Shown here: one piece after another, positions 1 to 12,063 of the stretch
Layout of the letters: each line of letters opens with the position of its first letter
How positions within the stretch are numbered: the stretch's first letter is position 1
NCBI GenBank assembly: GCA_030704615.1
Contig: CM060733.1
Span: forward strand, 24,738,001 to 24,802,000
DNA from: Takakia lepidozioides
Taxonomy: Eukaryota; Plantae; Bryophyta
Length of the DNA: 64,000 nt
Direction of reading: 5' to 3'
The notes under the pieces: generated by a model
What the model saw: the letters and a program-made list of their open reading frames with translations, nothing else
The model's database searches: none
What the model was told of the DNA's origin: nothing
Made by a program: the position numbers and the translations under genes

Positions 1-536
1 ACAAACCTACCTCATGCCTGGCTTGCTTTGTTGAACTGCAGATGACAACACTCTTTGCTTCTGCTTTGACATGCTCACCTCCTTCTGACCAGCCCCCAGC
101 TTGTTAGGTGGATAAAGATCCATTAAAAAATTTGCTGCTCATACGTACTAAGAACTGCCCTCATCGAAACATTCTCCAGGGCTACTCTTGCATATGTGCA
201 GGGTTGTGTCACAGAATATTCAGGTGGAGGATGAACCTGCACTGTCAATCAAATAGATTGGTCCACATGGAGATCCCATATGATCACCAAAAACATAAAT
301 TCAAAATGTTCCCATGCCAAGCTAAGATCTAGGCTGTTACTGTTATAAAACCAGATATGGCTGTCAGTAGTGTCCATCACCTAAGTTCTCATGTAAAACT
401 TGGATCAACACCTGTACCGACAGTTGATATGCTGCTAATTAACAACAATCACCCCAGTCTGGTTACAATCTGAAACCTGGGAAGACGTGAAAATTCATGA
501 AAATCATGGCTAAGAAGCAAAAGATTCTTCAGTTAC

Positions 537-3100
537 CTCAAACAATTTCGCAATGTGGCTCCGGAGTGCCAACGCCATGTTGTGTGTTTCTGTCCCCTTC
601 TTATTGTAGACCTACGCCATAGCAGTCCACCGTCAGTCTCTGCACTGGCACCCTCATATACATAACTGAATTGAGTTAGCTTCTGATTCTGGAAAAACCA
701 TTCTGTGTTCAAACAATGTGATAGCCCTTCAAACCTTAGGTTTGGTCAGTAACAACATAGAACATGCAAACAAAACTACAACATGCACCAAACTGCCAGC
801 AGACGAGACATTGTGCAAGTGAACAACGGAGTGCAAGGGATGCACCACCCACCAAAGCATTTGTAACCATCAGTATCAAATCCCGATGCAATTCACCGAT
901 GCTGTAAGAAATCTTATTCTGCTCACCAAGTAAAGGACACAAGTAGGCCTTCAGAACAGTGCTGTAAATCAAAGGGGGATTAGACATAGATTTCTAGCAG
1001 AGTGTAAAAAGCATGGGACATTTCTTTAGTATAACTAGAGTTGCTGGACCAAACCTTGAACATCAAAGCATGGAACTTCCACAGGCAGACAAAGAGTTGT
1101 GTTTTGGCAATGACCATAATCTGAAACCTCCATTTCAAAATGATTGAACAGAAAAACAGTCTGGAAAACATTGGAATCAGCTCTGACCTCAAGATGTCGG
1201 CGAATAGTACTAAGATCCATCCGCTGATAAATGATTGAATCATAGTCTTCCTGTGAAGCTACAGGTCTTCAACATACATTGACAGTAACCCATGTCAGTT
1301 GTATTCATATATACTTTATGAGATAAGTCTTCATAAGCTCCTGTGAAACGATTAAGCATCTGGGAAAAGGAAGCAGAGGTATGGAGAGTGAAGGCTTTAG
1401 CCTCACTCCTTGAGGAAGACCTGCAGCAGTACAACAAATTGACCAAACATGTGGACACAAGTCAAAAGCTCATGTGCAACAATGCTTTAGGAAAGAAAGA
1501 GTGACTAAAGGCCATTCACTGGTTGAAGTTAGTACAATGAACACCCTTCCCAACTTACACAATGGATTGGGTTCTACCTGCGAAAGGGAGCTGCATACTT
1601 GGATGCAGAAACAACCTTCCATATATCCAACAATGGGTCTGCTTGTGCCCATCTTCTCCTTCTATCATCTGAATGTCTGGAGAAAAATAGCATTACAAAT
1701 ATAGACGATGTCAATAGATGGAGGACAAATCCAATCCACAGCCGCAGTTGCTTGTTCAGCATGCAACAATCACCCCTACTAGCAGAAGCCGCTGAGGGGA
1801 ACTACATCCTCTTGTTAGCAGAAGAACCATTGGCCTACAATCAGAGCTCATACTGTCCCCCAAGTACACCCAAAATCCCATGCCACTTTACCTCTTCTAC
1901 ACGTATCAAGAGACTGTCACTAGAAGAAAACTGATGAGGACGATCTTAGCTGACAACCCCTGGTAAGTGGATGCATCCACAAAGAATAATAAACAAGCTC
2001 CATTTCCTCTGTCTCGGTTATACAAGCAGTAGGATACCTCTGTTGAGAGTCCACAGCCATGTGTGTCACCTGTACTTGTGTGGAGTGTTGTGAAGTCTAC
2101 TCTCAATTACCAGCCTTAAAGAAATATCCAGCTGTTGGAATGCAAATATTCGTCCCCCCGAATTAGGCCTTACAGCAATTTGGACAGAGTTCATAGCCTG
2201 GTAGATGGAACCCACCCACTCCCCCTTTCAAAGTAAAGAACAACCTTAAGTTTGAAATAGTTCAACAAGTGCCTATATATTTGACTCTCTGTCAGTTGAA
2301 CCATGTCATCTCCACAGGACACAGGTCCTGTTCAAGATGAGCTTTGTGTCCATCCAAACTTAAATGCAGTTCCAATTTGTCATAGACATTCCTCTGGATT
2401 GTGAATTACTTTGTATCGAATACACCTCCATGACTGATGCTCCTCCATAGGCAGCTTGACAATTAATTGCACAATCAGTTGCAACCTTGCAGCCTTCAAA
2501 GAAAAAACCCTAAATATTTTGATTGGTTTCCAATGCTGTTCTACACATCACTAACAGATGAGCAACTACCTCACTCATTTAGTATAACCAATTACTGAAA
2601 TCTTCCTCCCGGGAGAGAGACTTCAATACAAGGGAACTCTCCTGCATGATACTTCTCTGTGGAAATACACCTATCACGAGTATCACAAGCAAAGTAATTT
2701 GTTGCTCATCTCCTCCATGTTTTGTCGTGCTAGAGTATGTGTGCATGTGTGTCGATTTCATTTATTCTACTACCTTGTTCTTAAACATTCAACACCCTAA
2801 GAAAGCCTCGGGATTGATGACTACCGTACCTTGCTTCTTTCCTCCGCAACCGCTTTTCAGCAAGTGCGCTCAACTCACATGGATTCTTCAAGACTCCAGA
2901 GGTGCTGTGCTGCATGACGGGAGACAGCTCGTCGTTGTCCATCTCAACTAGTTCTTCTAAGTCAGCTGCTTGTGCAGGGTGTTCGCAGCTTATACTGTAT
3001 TTCCGACCTTTGCATTTCTTGTCATCTGTACTGGTGCCCGCCTGTGTCTTTTCCCCACAAATAACAGGCCTACTCAGACCGGGATTTCCAACCTCGTCCA
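537..3100 (-). CDS. Bromodomain-containing protein (spliced; 5' and 3' exons not resolved)
   Basis: GT-AG exons 3100-2830, 1676-1578 (PLLDIWKVVSASKYAAPFRR), a short unresolved exon near 1420, 1250-1188 (EDYDSIIYQRMDLSTIRRHLE), 918-853 (ELHRDLILMVTNAL) and 611-537 (VYNKKGTETHNMALALR). Joined, they give the bromodomain pattern PF..DY..II..MDLSTI..LE..D..LM..NA..YN. Further exons probably lie upstream to ~4450 and downstream of 537. Confidence 0.8.
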
Positions 3101-4779
3101 CTGCCGATACAGAAATACCGTTAGTCTTGCCAAGAACAAGCCCAAGAAAATCAATCAGAACTAGTAAGAACTTGCCGAGCAAAGAGACACTACAACAAGC
3201 AGTGATCGAAACATGACGAACACAATCTCACTTATGCTGGAATCATGACAAACTATCATGCTGTGGACTGAGACTAAGACAGGAGGGCAATGCGGAGTCC
3301 CCCCGTGTTAGATTAGCATGTACGAAGCCCATTTCTCGAAGAATTAGGTAGGGCTTCCTCCAAATCACAAGCGTAACATCTATGGGTGTCCCCACAACAC
3401 CCTTCAGACTCGGGGCCTGTACAGGGAAAGACCATTTCTCATGCTGAATTATAAACGTTCGGAAGATGACCACAAGATTCTGTTTCCATTGAGTTGACGT
3501 TCTTGCTGTAATAATCCTGAATAGTACTTGACAAAGAAATTTTCAACAAGGGCTGTCTCACAGATACAAGTCGAGGCGCTGGTATCACCGAAGGCCCCAT
3601 TCCAACATCTGTCATCGGAAACCCTCGACCATTTTTTCACGAAAGCTTGACAACAGCCATCTAACATCAGGCTGCATTCTACATTTTCAAACCCAGGGCC
3701 ACCACCGGCAGGAACTGCAGTTATTTCCGAGTCAAAAAGGTGTAAAAGCTGTATTCCATTCCTCCAATACCTCCTTATCAATCCGCTAAGAACCACATAA
3801 CAGCCCTGGATAGGAATGCAATCGAAAAGGTTTGAAGAGAGCGCTACAAATTCATCGAGGTTCACCTCTCTTGGAAACAGAATCCCAGACACAAGTTGTT
3901 GGTGCACACGATACAAGAATCATCATAAATTTACTGTCCACCTGCTGCCCCCAGCACATATTTGCCAAGCAACCAATGCCTTCTTTGCCCAAAAACCCAG
4001 CCTCTAATCCAAGCTTGTCTGGACACAGCAGCATCCATTCATACATCTATAAGTGCATGAGCAACGCGGACCCAAGAAACCCCTTTCTGCATTGAAAGCT
4101 CTTACATCTTACATCGCAAAACAACCCTACCCCCACATCGAAAAACAGTTCCAGGTGGTTATTTCACTCCGCCAGTACGTCTCTAAACTCTAAATTCCAC
4201 GAATATTGGTACTACACGCTAGTCTCTGGGTGCTAAAGAGAGTAGAAGATGTGCACAGCAAGACGGATCGGCAGCCCACCAAGGTAGATTGCATGCAAAT
4301 GCAAATGCTGGTTGGGAGGCCAAAATGCATGGCAGGATGGCAGCTATATACCCGTCATGCGTCATATCGAGTCTCGTTCCCTCTGCTCTGTTCATGCCTC
4401 CGACGGACATCCGTCTGTCCACGACGACGTCGAGCATTTCGTCTTCTGAAGAGCCTTTTTCACAAGCAAAAGGAACCAAAACACCGACGACGTCCGTCCA
4501 GTCCACACTTGGCACCGAGAAACCCCTAAACAGCTCTGCCCACTCTGCAGCTGCCTTACCAGACAATTGGGCCTGCTCAGGACGACTTGTCCGGAAGACC
4601 CACACACAACCCACAAAATTCTTCTCGAAGAGGTTTCTCCTTTCACAAGGTTTGGGTCTCAAAAGACACGATTTTCTTCTTCTCTTTCTGAACTTGTCTT
4701 TGAGAGGACCACGACGGTTCTTATTTCTTGGTGTACATTGGCAGCAACTTTTGTCTTGCACACAACCTCCTGGTTTGTG

Positions 4780-5010
4780 ACATCGTCATATAAAGTCTGC
4801 CTTGGCATGTAGTTCCTTTTCCTAGATTGCATGCAGTTGCATCGGATGATATCAGTCGCTGCCCTTTCGAGATTTACTGGGTGTTTACATAAGCGATCGG
4901 TTGAGAGAGGGAGAGAGAGAGAGGGAGGGAAGTAGCACAAGAGCCTGTTCAGTTTTTTGGGTCCTGAAACATATGAGAAATATTGAAATAGTTCTCAACA
5001 TTGCACTGTA
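4780..5010. promoter_or_regulatory. Probable divergent promoter region with GA-rich tract
   Basis: Lies between the head-to-head bromodomain (-) and endosulfine (+) genes and contains a GA-rich run at ~4903-4930. Transcription starts cannot be seen from sequence. Confidence 0.3.
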
Positions 5011-6220
5011 GGTTCACTCGGCATTAACGGGCTTGGTGGGCATAAATCAATACTGAAACTTGATCAGGCTGAAGGCTTTGCTGGAAGCATAATGCTCCTG
5101 CCTTTCTGAGCTTTACTCTGTAGTGACGTTGAAGCTAGAAATTCTCTTCTCTGTAAATTTATTCTCTACTTGCGATTCAGTCTTTTGTTACTCCAACCTC
5201 CCTCATTACATCTTCGGTATGTCTCAGTACTTACTAGGAACTCCGGATCCGTACCAATAGGACGCTGCAATTGAAATATTGTCTGCTGAATAGTGGCTAT
5301 GGTGGCGGCTTAGGGTTGTGCACAGTTGTACTCAGAGCCTAATTGCTGAATCTGGTCAATTCCGTCGAACTTAGTTATGCTAGCTTTTAAGGTCAGGCAT
5401 GGAAGTTGCATGCTCTCAGCTGTGCACTTCTTGGACTCGCCGGAGCAGTTGATCAATTTACTTTCCCCTCCGAATCAGACTCTGATATTGTTCATGGTAG
5501 CGGGAGTCGTGAACCCTAGTTCTGATAGCTTTGGAGGTCGGCCATGGCAGCCAGTGCTCCCAGCTGTGAACCCAGGCTGTAGTATTCTGATGGGCTTTCA
5601 CCAGTGCAGTATCATGTGAGATATAGACCACTCACCATGACATGTTCACTAGAATGGCACAGGACTTCACTAGAGTACTTTGTCACCTAATGATTGGGAG
5701 CTTAGTTCCTTTCCAAACACCTCAATGTCTGAATGGCTTCTGTCTGCCAATGGTCGTTCAACTTCTCATGGGGCCGATCTCATTGTTAAGAGCACAATTG
5801 TGCACACCTTAACGTTCTGGGGTAAATTTTGAGTTGCAACTCTTTTGATATTGGTTTTCAGGGTCATAGATGGTATTATTTAAAATTAATAAAAGAAGTG
5901 ATGTGAAGACAGATAAGATGGTATGCTTACTAGATCATAGAAGAATTGATGTCAAGATACAGAAGCCCGGGTACTCAGAGATCCGCTTGCCATCCACGGA
6001 ATTTGTGAGTCTTTGTCAGCAGTTATACAACTGTGTTCATGTAGCTTTCTCTGATTTGATAATCAGGGCAAGCAGATGGTCAGGAAAGTTGCGTTTCTCC
6101 AAAGTCAAGCTATGGGTTCTCGTTTTCATTTCTCCCCTTCCTCTCATCCTCTTGATTATTCTCTGTCTTTCCTCTGAAATAGGTTGACGCATACAGAGTC
6201 GAAATACAAAGTTGGGGCTC

Positions 6221-8997
6221 ATGGCGGAGGCTGTGGAGACTAGTGAGTGCTCCAGTCGAAAAACCAATGACACACCTGTACCCTCAATTGAAGAAGAGGT
6301 GATTGTCTATGCATTAGAGGGAGTGTTGTTTTACAAAATTTACCTGCAAAAGAGTATGTTTTGGACATCTTCAAAGGTGGAACGATGTTAGATGTGGATA
6401 GACATGCCAAATATGAATCTGCAATGGACAGATAAGATCTTTTTCCTCACTAGAAAAGGTGCCTACGCGACGAAGAGTTGCCTGTGAGGTCTGTTGTAAG
6501 CAGTTTTGGGATAGAACTCTGCACATTTAGTACAGAACAATGTGACTTAGGAGAGCTGTAATGAGACAGACCTGGCTGTGCTAAAATGTTACCCCATCTG
6601 CATTGTTGATCTTGTATGTTATGAAGTCTCTTGATCTGCTGCACATCACAATCATGAGGAGGGCTTGGGGTATAAGACTGTATATCGGAGGTTTCCATGC
6701 AGATTCTTCCCCTTATTTGTTGCTGTATGAAAGTGTCAGGGTAAGAGCATCGAGAAATGGCAGAAGATATGGGTCTGACCAGGGTGGTACAGAAGTGTGT
6801 TTTGGCCACCGAGTTGCACCCTGTCAGCCTCTACGTCATTTGAGTCTTGTTTGATGGGTGGGCGGCGAGGTGTAGGAAGCAATCTTGAAGAAGAAGTATG
6901 GGGGCCTCCTGCCCAAGAAACCCCCACTTATCTCTAAGGTCGGTATATTTCACTATAGCTCCAACTCGGCAAACATGAATATTATTGCCTAGTCGTGTCG
7001 AAACTAACAATTTCCATAACTTGTATCGAAAAGTATGGACATGGTATCAAATGGCAGTTTGCTATCTGTAGCTGTTGAATAATCGTGCTCTGATTTTGGA
7101 ATCAGACTGATTTCCCTGAAAGAAGCATTTCTTATCACGTGTCAGTTGCCTTGTAATACAGGATCATGAACGGGCTTTCTTCGATTCAGCAGACTGGGCA
7201 CTTGGGAAGGTTTGTCTTTTTTACCCTTCCTTAAATGTATATACCGTAGCCTCTTATACGGTTGGGCAGAAATTTGCCCAATAATTATTATTATTTTCTT
7301 TGAACGGTTGGGCAAATCACATTAATATATCTTATTTGGGCAATCTAGTTATGAAGTTTATAATAATTTAGACAGGTCATGAGCCAAATATGTATTAATT
7401 GGGCAAAGAGTCAGCGAGTAATGAATTATCAAACCTACCACTAGTCTTAAATAATTTATCGATTTGAAATAAATTATCCAGCTATTCTGAGGTGATAACG
7501 GGTACCGTTACATTATTTGACACAAGGCGCTACGTGGATCAAGCCGTCAATCAAGCTGACAACATTGATCCACTTGTTTGCTTGGTGAGATTGAAAGGCA
7601 AACAAGTTACTTTGAGATAGAGGAGAACTGAGTAGAGCAGCTTTAGCATTGAGAGGGCTGAGAACATTGCAAGGCTGCAAGCAGAGACCACAGTGTATAT
7701 GATACATGGAAGTTTGATCGCAAAACTAAGTGATTTTTCCACTCTAGAAAGTATTGTGATGTTGACTTTGGAAAGGCTTGCAAGGGATTTTGATACGAGG
7801 TTTGTAGAACCTTATCTAAGCATAGGAAGCACAAGAATCAAGATAATTTCAGCACAGGAATCAAGATAATTTCAAAACATATTTAATCATAATTTTCAAG
7901 ATTTGGGCATTTTTTGATGAAAATTTATAAAATTTCAGCATTTCTTTTCAATAATTTTGCATGATTGGACTATTAGGTTCTGAATTTTATGTTTTTTTGG
8001 ACAAATGCATAAAATAATTATTTTCTGCCCAACCGTATAGGAGGCTACGGTAGTCACTCCTTTGAATGATATATGAAGGTGAGCTTTTCCTTGCCATCTA
8101 TGTGACATCTGGTGCACTCAGATCTGATTATAGCTTGCTGTATTCCTATGACTGGTATCAGATTTTTTTACGGGTGGATCTTAACTCTGCACGATGGTAC
8201 CTCCGTGTTTTGAGGAAGAGGTTGAGCCGGAAGACATCAGCAAGTTCACTTCTAATGACATTGCAAATAATCATTCTTACCTTGACAAATAGTCACAGTA
8301 TTGCCTGATGCAACAATCAATTGGCGTGATTTGCTTTGAAGCAGGAGGGAGCACCTCTGGGTCACAAGCCACGAAGCTCAATTGAAGCACTCCGTCCAAA
8401 GCTTCAGGTACTCCTTATCACTTGAGCAGCAGGGCCTCTCTATCTCCCTATCTCCGTCCAGTTCACAACCCATGTCCACCCTACTTTAGGGGATCAACAG
8501 ATTTAATGTCAAACTTAGCTGGATCTGCCAAGAGTCAGTTGGGCTTTGACTGTCAGGCCTGAACCTATTTAGTAGAACCTTGTAAGCTGGGCCAGCTTCT
8601 AGACCCTGAAACCTTGAAGATGGCAGAGCCATCATGAATTGTTACGTATCTGTACTTGAACCCCTTACGCATGGTTAAATTATGGACTTGAGCTATCACT
8701 ACTTACACTATCAAGTGTTTTCCAAGGTAATGGATGGAATTTTTTTCATTTTGGACTTTGTGGTAATCTATCTCAGGGTTTGTCATGGATGTTGAGATTT
8801 TTTGAACACATCGCTCCGAGAAGCTTTCGAAGGGCATGGTTTTTAAGTAAATTTAGTTCAATGCCTTGAGTTCAATTGCTTAGTTGTCGTCCAATTTTGT
8901 GCAGCCCACTCCTCATCAACCTCTTCCCTCCAGACGCTCATCATATATACCACCAGAAGGCGAAGGTAACAAAACCAGTTCCTCTATATCTTTGTAA
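6221..8997 (+). CDS. ENSA: Endosulfine / cAMP-regulated phosphoprotein 19 (ENSA/ARPP19) family protein
   Basis: Exons 6221-6298, 6876-6938, 7162-7209, 8342-8407 and 8905-8965 join in frame: MAEAVETS...EAILKKKYGGLLPKKPPLISK-DHERAFFDSADWALGK-...IEALRPKLQ-PTPHQ. KKKYGGL and FDSADW are the plant endosulfine signatures. Last exon uncertain (read-through stop at 8997, or a downstream exon). Confidence 0.92.
7244..8050. mobile_element. Non-autonomous TIR element (Tc1/mariner-like MITE) in endosulfine intron 3
   Basis: ~29-bp terminal inverted repeats, CCGTAGCCTCTTATACGGTTGGGCAGAAA and TTTCTGCCCAACCGTATAGGAGGCTACGG, flanked by TA on both sides; AT-rich non-coding interior. Confidence 0.85.
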
Positions 8998-11900
8998 TAT
9001 ATCTTCAGTATGTTTTATTTAGGCCTTCTTGCTTGGTGTGTCTTCGGTGGTTTTATTGCTAAACTGAGGATAGCTGGGTGTGGGTCAACAAGTTTTGTCT
9101 CACTACCGACATGAGTCTAATTGGGATCTCCAGCCCTTCTGAATTTCTAGAACTTATGAGAAGTGGCTCAATGGAACTCCTGTATTAGTGATAATGTATT
9201 AATGTATTAATAATAGTGTGAATTAAACTCATATGCCTTTCACTGCGCCATTGTATAGGCCAGTCCCTGTGGTATACTGAACCCAGGACTGTCATAGAGG
9301 CTTGGTTTATGCACAACACGCCAAGCCGGTTGCAGGGAGTACAGGTGCTGGCACTGACATCACAGTAGAAAGCTTGAAGTTGATGCTGGCACTGCTGCAT
9401 ATAGATGACAAATGTGAGAGACAGAAAAACATGGTAGATGGTTGTCACTGATGTGGGTGGCTGCATGGTGAACAGGTGGAGTTGATACACAAGCTGCTAC
9501 CGAAACAGTGCCAAGCTGAAATTTTGTTTGGCTGATTTCTTTTTGGCCAAAGAGTCTTTATTAGCCTAGGGAAGTTGCCTATCTCTCGATTTCCCCTGGT
9601 ATAGGAAAGAGAAGGTAGATCACCAGGGAATAGGGTCATAAATGTCAATGGAGATCTATTCAATTCTGAAGTGGGATGTGTTTGTGGTTTTGTTAGTTTG
9701 CTAGGCTGCAGGTGACAACCATGGGTTGGTTGACACCTCTTAGACTCCTGCAGAGCTTTTCTTTGAGTCCGAGAATAAGTCATTAATATTTAACATTGGA
9801 TTGTAACCAATGCTTGCAACATGGGTTAATGGCCATGAAGGTTTAGTTTAAATGGTGATTCTGACTATCATCGACAGTATTTTGATCCGCATTCCCTCCT
9901 AACATTGCATGCTTGCATACAGAAACAGAAGTAAAGAATCAGATAATCAATCATGAAATTGCTAGCTTGCAAAGCTTTGAGGTTAGATTCATGTAAGCAA
10001 AAGTTTGTTGAAAACTGTGGCAATCTTTGAAGAACTAGAGAGGTCCCTGGAACTAAATGTGCTAACTACAACCAGTGAAAAAGTCTGGGACTCTGAGCCT
10101 ATAAGGGTCCTGTCTGATCTTTGCAACATGGAATTCCATTGTTTATGTTTCATATTACATATGACAGGTTCTGTAGGAAGACAGCCTGTATGATATTGCG
10201 ATCTCACATCCATATCCAATATGGCGTTTCCACCATGATATGAGTGAGGATTAGGCCTTTTTTCCTTGATTCTCCTCTGAAATATGACGATGTTTCTTGA
10301 TGTAGTACTTTCTTGGGTGACAATGTGTGAGAGAAATGTTGTAGGATCTTCAGATGTTTGATTGCAAGTTGGTCTGCATTTTGAGGTGGGCTCTTCAGGG
10401 AAGAATCTATCCCAAAAATAAGATCGGACAGTCTTTTTGGTTGCAGTCGCAATTCTTCGACGAGCAATTCTTTCTGAGCGCAGGAGGGGATGGGGATGCT
10501 CGTCTTTAACATGTTCCATAGTCAGCTGTGAAGTGAGTGACTATATAGCCGAATGGTCCAATAGCATGTAACTTAGATGCCAACCATTGTTTCTGCCGTG
10601 TACTCATCAAAACATGACATTGTATATTTTTATGAATGTTTCATGTTTTTTGTTCAGGGAGTGCACATCATCTGGTGGTTGCAATTCGTTACATGGACAT
10701 TGCATGAGCATACGGGGGTGACACCAATTAGTTGCAAGAGGCTTGAACAATCAGCTGTTTAATCTGTTTTCTGTTGTATGATATAATGTATTTGTGTTTT
10801 CTGGTGTGGGCCAATTGGTTTGAGTGATAGTAAGTGCTGATTGTTAGTCATTGTTCTATCGTTGATTGCATAACCAATGGCCAGTGGATGTCTTTACCAA
10901 TCAATCTCATAGAAATCCTATTGATAAGGCAAACTATACTCTTCTCTACTAACTCTGCTTCTCTGCTTCTCTACTTCTCTCATACTCTAGCCACTACCCA
11001 CCATTTCACCTACAAACTTGCACATGGTAGACACCATGTGTGTCATTCTCAATACTGTCTGTTTCTCTGATGTGTGTGCATGTCCTACAGTGCACCTCTG
11101 GAGGAATTTTGAGTTATCAAGCCTGTTGCTACGCTTGAGAGGAATTGGGGTAGAGGTTGTGTAGCATTCAGTTGTTAATTGATAACCAAATAAGCTCCAA
11201 GGATCCTCATGTTGACTGACTGAGTGGAACACTTCTGGTTTTGGTTCATATGCTCATTTGAATAGTAGAAGAGATCCCTCAGAGCGTCCGGGTTTCAAGG
11301 GATCTTGCTATGAGGTCATGCAGCAATGGAATCACATTCCAGTCTTGTTGAGAGTCCCTGATGCGAAGGAGATGAGAAAGGAACCCTTCACAAGGCTTGG
11401 AATGCAAACCGAAAACTTCTTGAAAATAAACGTGTCATCAGTACTGGTTGGGCGACAAGTTAATTCAACTCAATACAACATATTGCACTCTGGGGCTCCT
11501 CCAGATCCAACTTTGCACGACCTATAGGCAATTCTTGCACTTTCATTAGAAAGCACCTTGTCCTGTACAAGGAGGGACAAAATGAAGCCGCCCTTGCAGA
11601 GACCTGACCTTCAGGTCTGAGCTCAAAAGCCCTGAAAGTAGTTTCCTATGTGGAAGCGGACCCAGATATGTACAACAACATAACTTAGTTTTTACCATAT
11701 TCGCATCTTTCTGAAGATATGAATCTTGATAAAAATATATGAATTGCTGGAAACTAAGCCATCATGAACCTAAAATCGGAAGCAAACAGTGTCACTCTCA
11801 CAGCATGAGGTTACCAACCTAGTTGATGTAGGGTGGAGGTGGATTATTGATTCTATCTCACAATCAACTGTACAGGCTAGCTGTTGCAATTTTCAAGCTA

Positions 11901-12063
11901 TAGCTTCCTGTCCAATGATAGATGTGGCAGAATGCCAAACTAAACATTCACTTGCACAAAGAAAATACAGGGGAGCTGAACTCAAAATTCCGCAATTTAA
12001 TATAGACAAATGAAAAATCAACCATAGATTCAATATAATGTCTCATATTTCAAAATCGTTACA

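Noticed and set aside
4206-4940. Overlapping 80-180-aa ORFs on both strands as separate genes
   Set aside because: No recognisable homology; more likely 5' exons, UTR or promoter of the flanking divergent genes.
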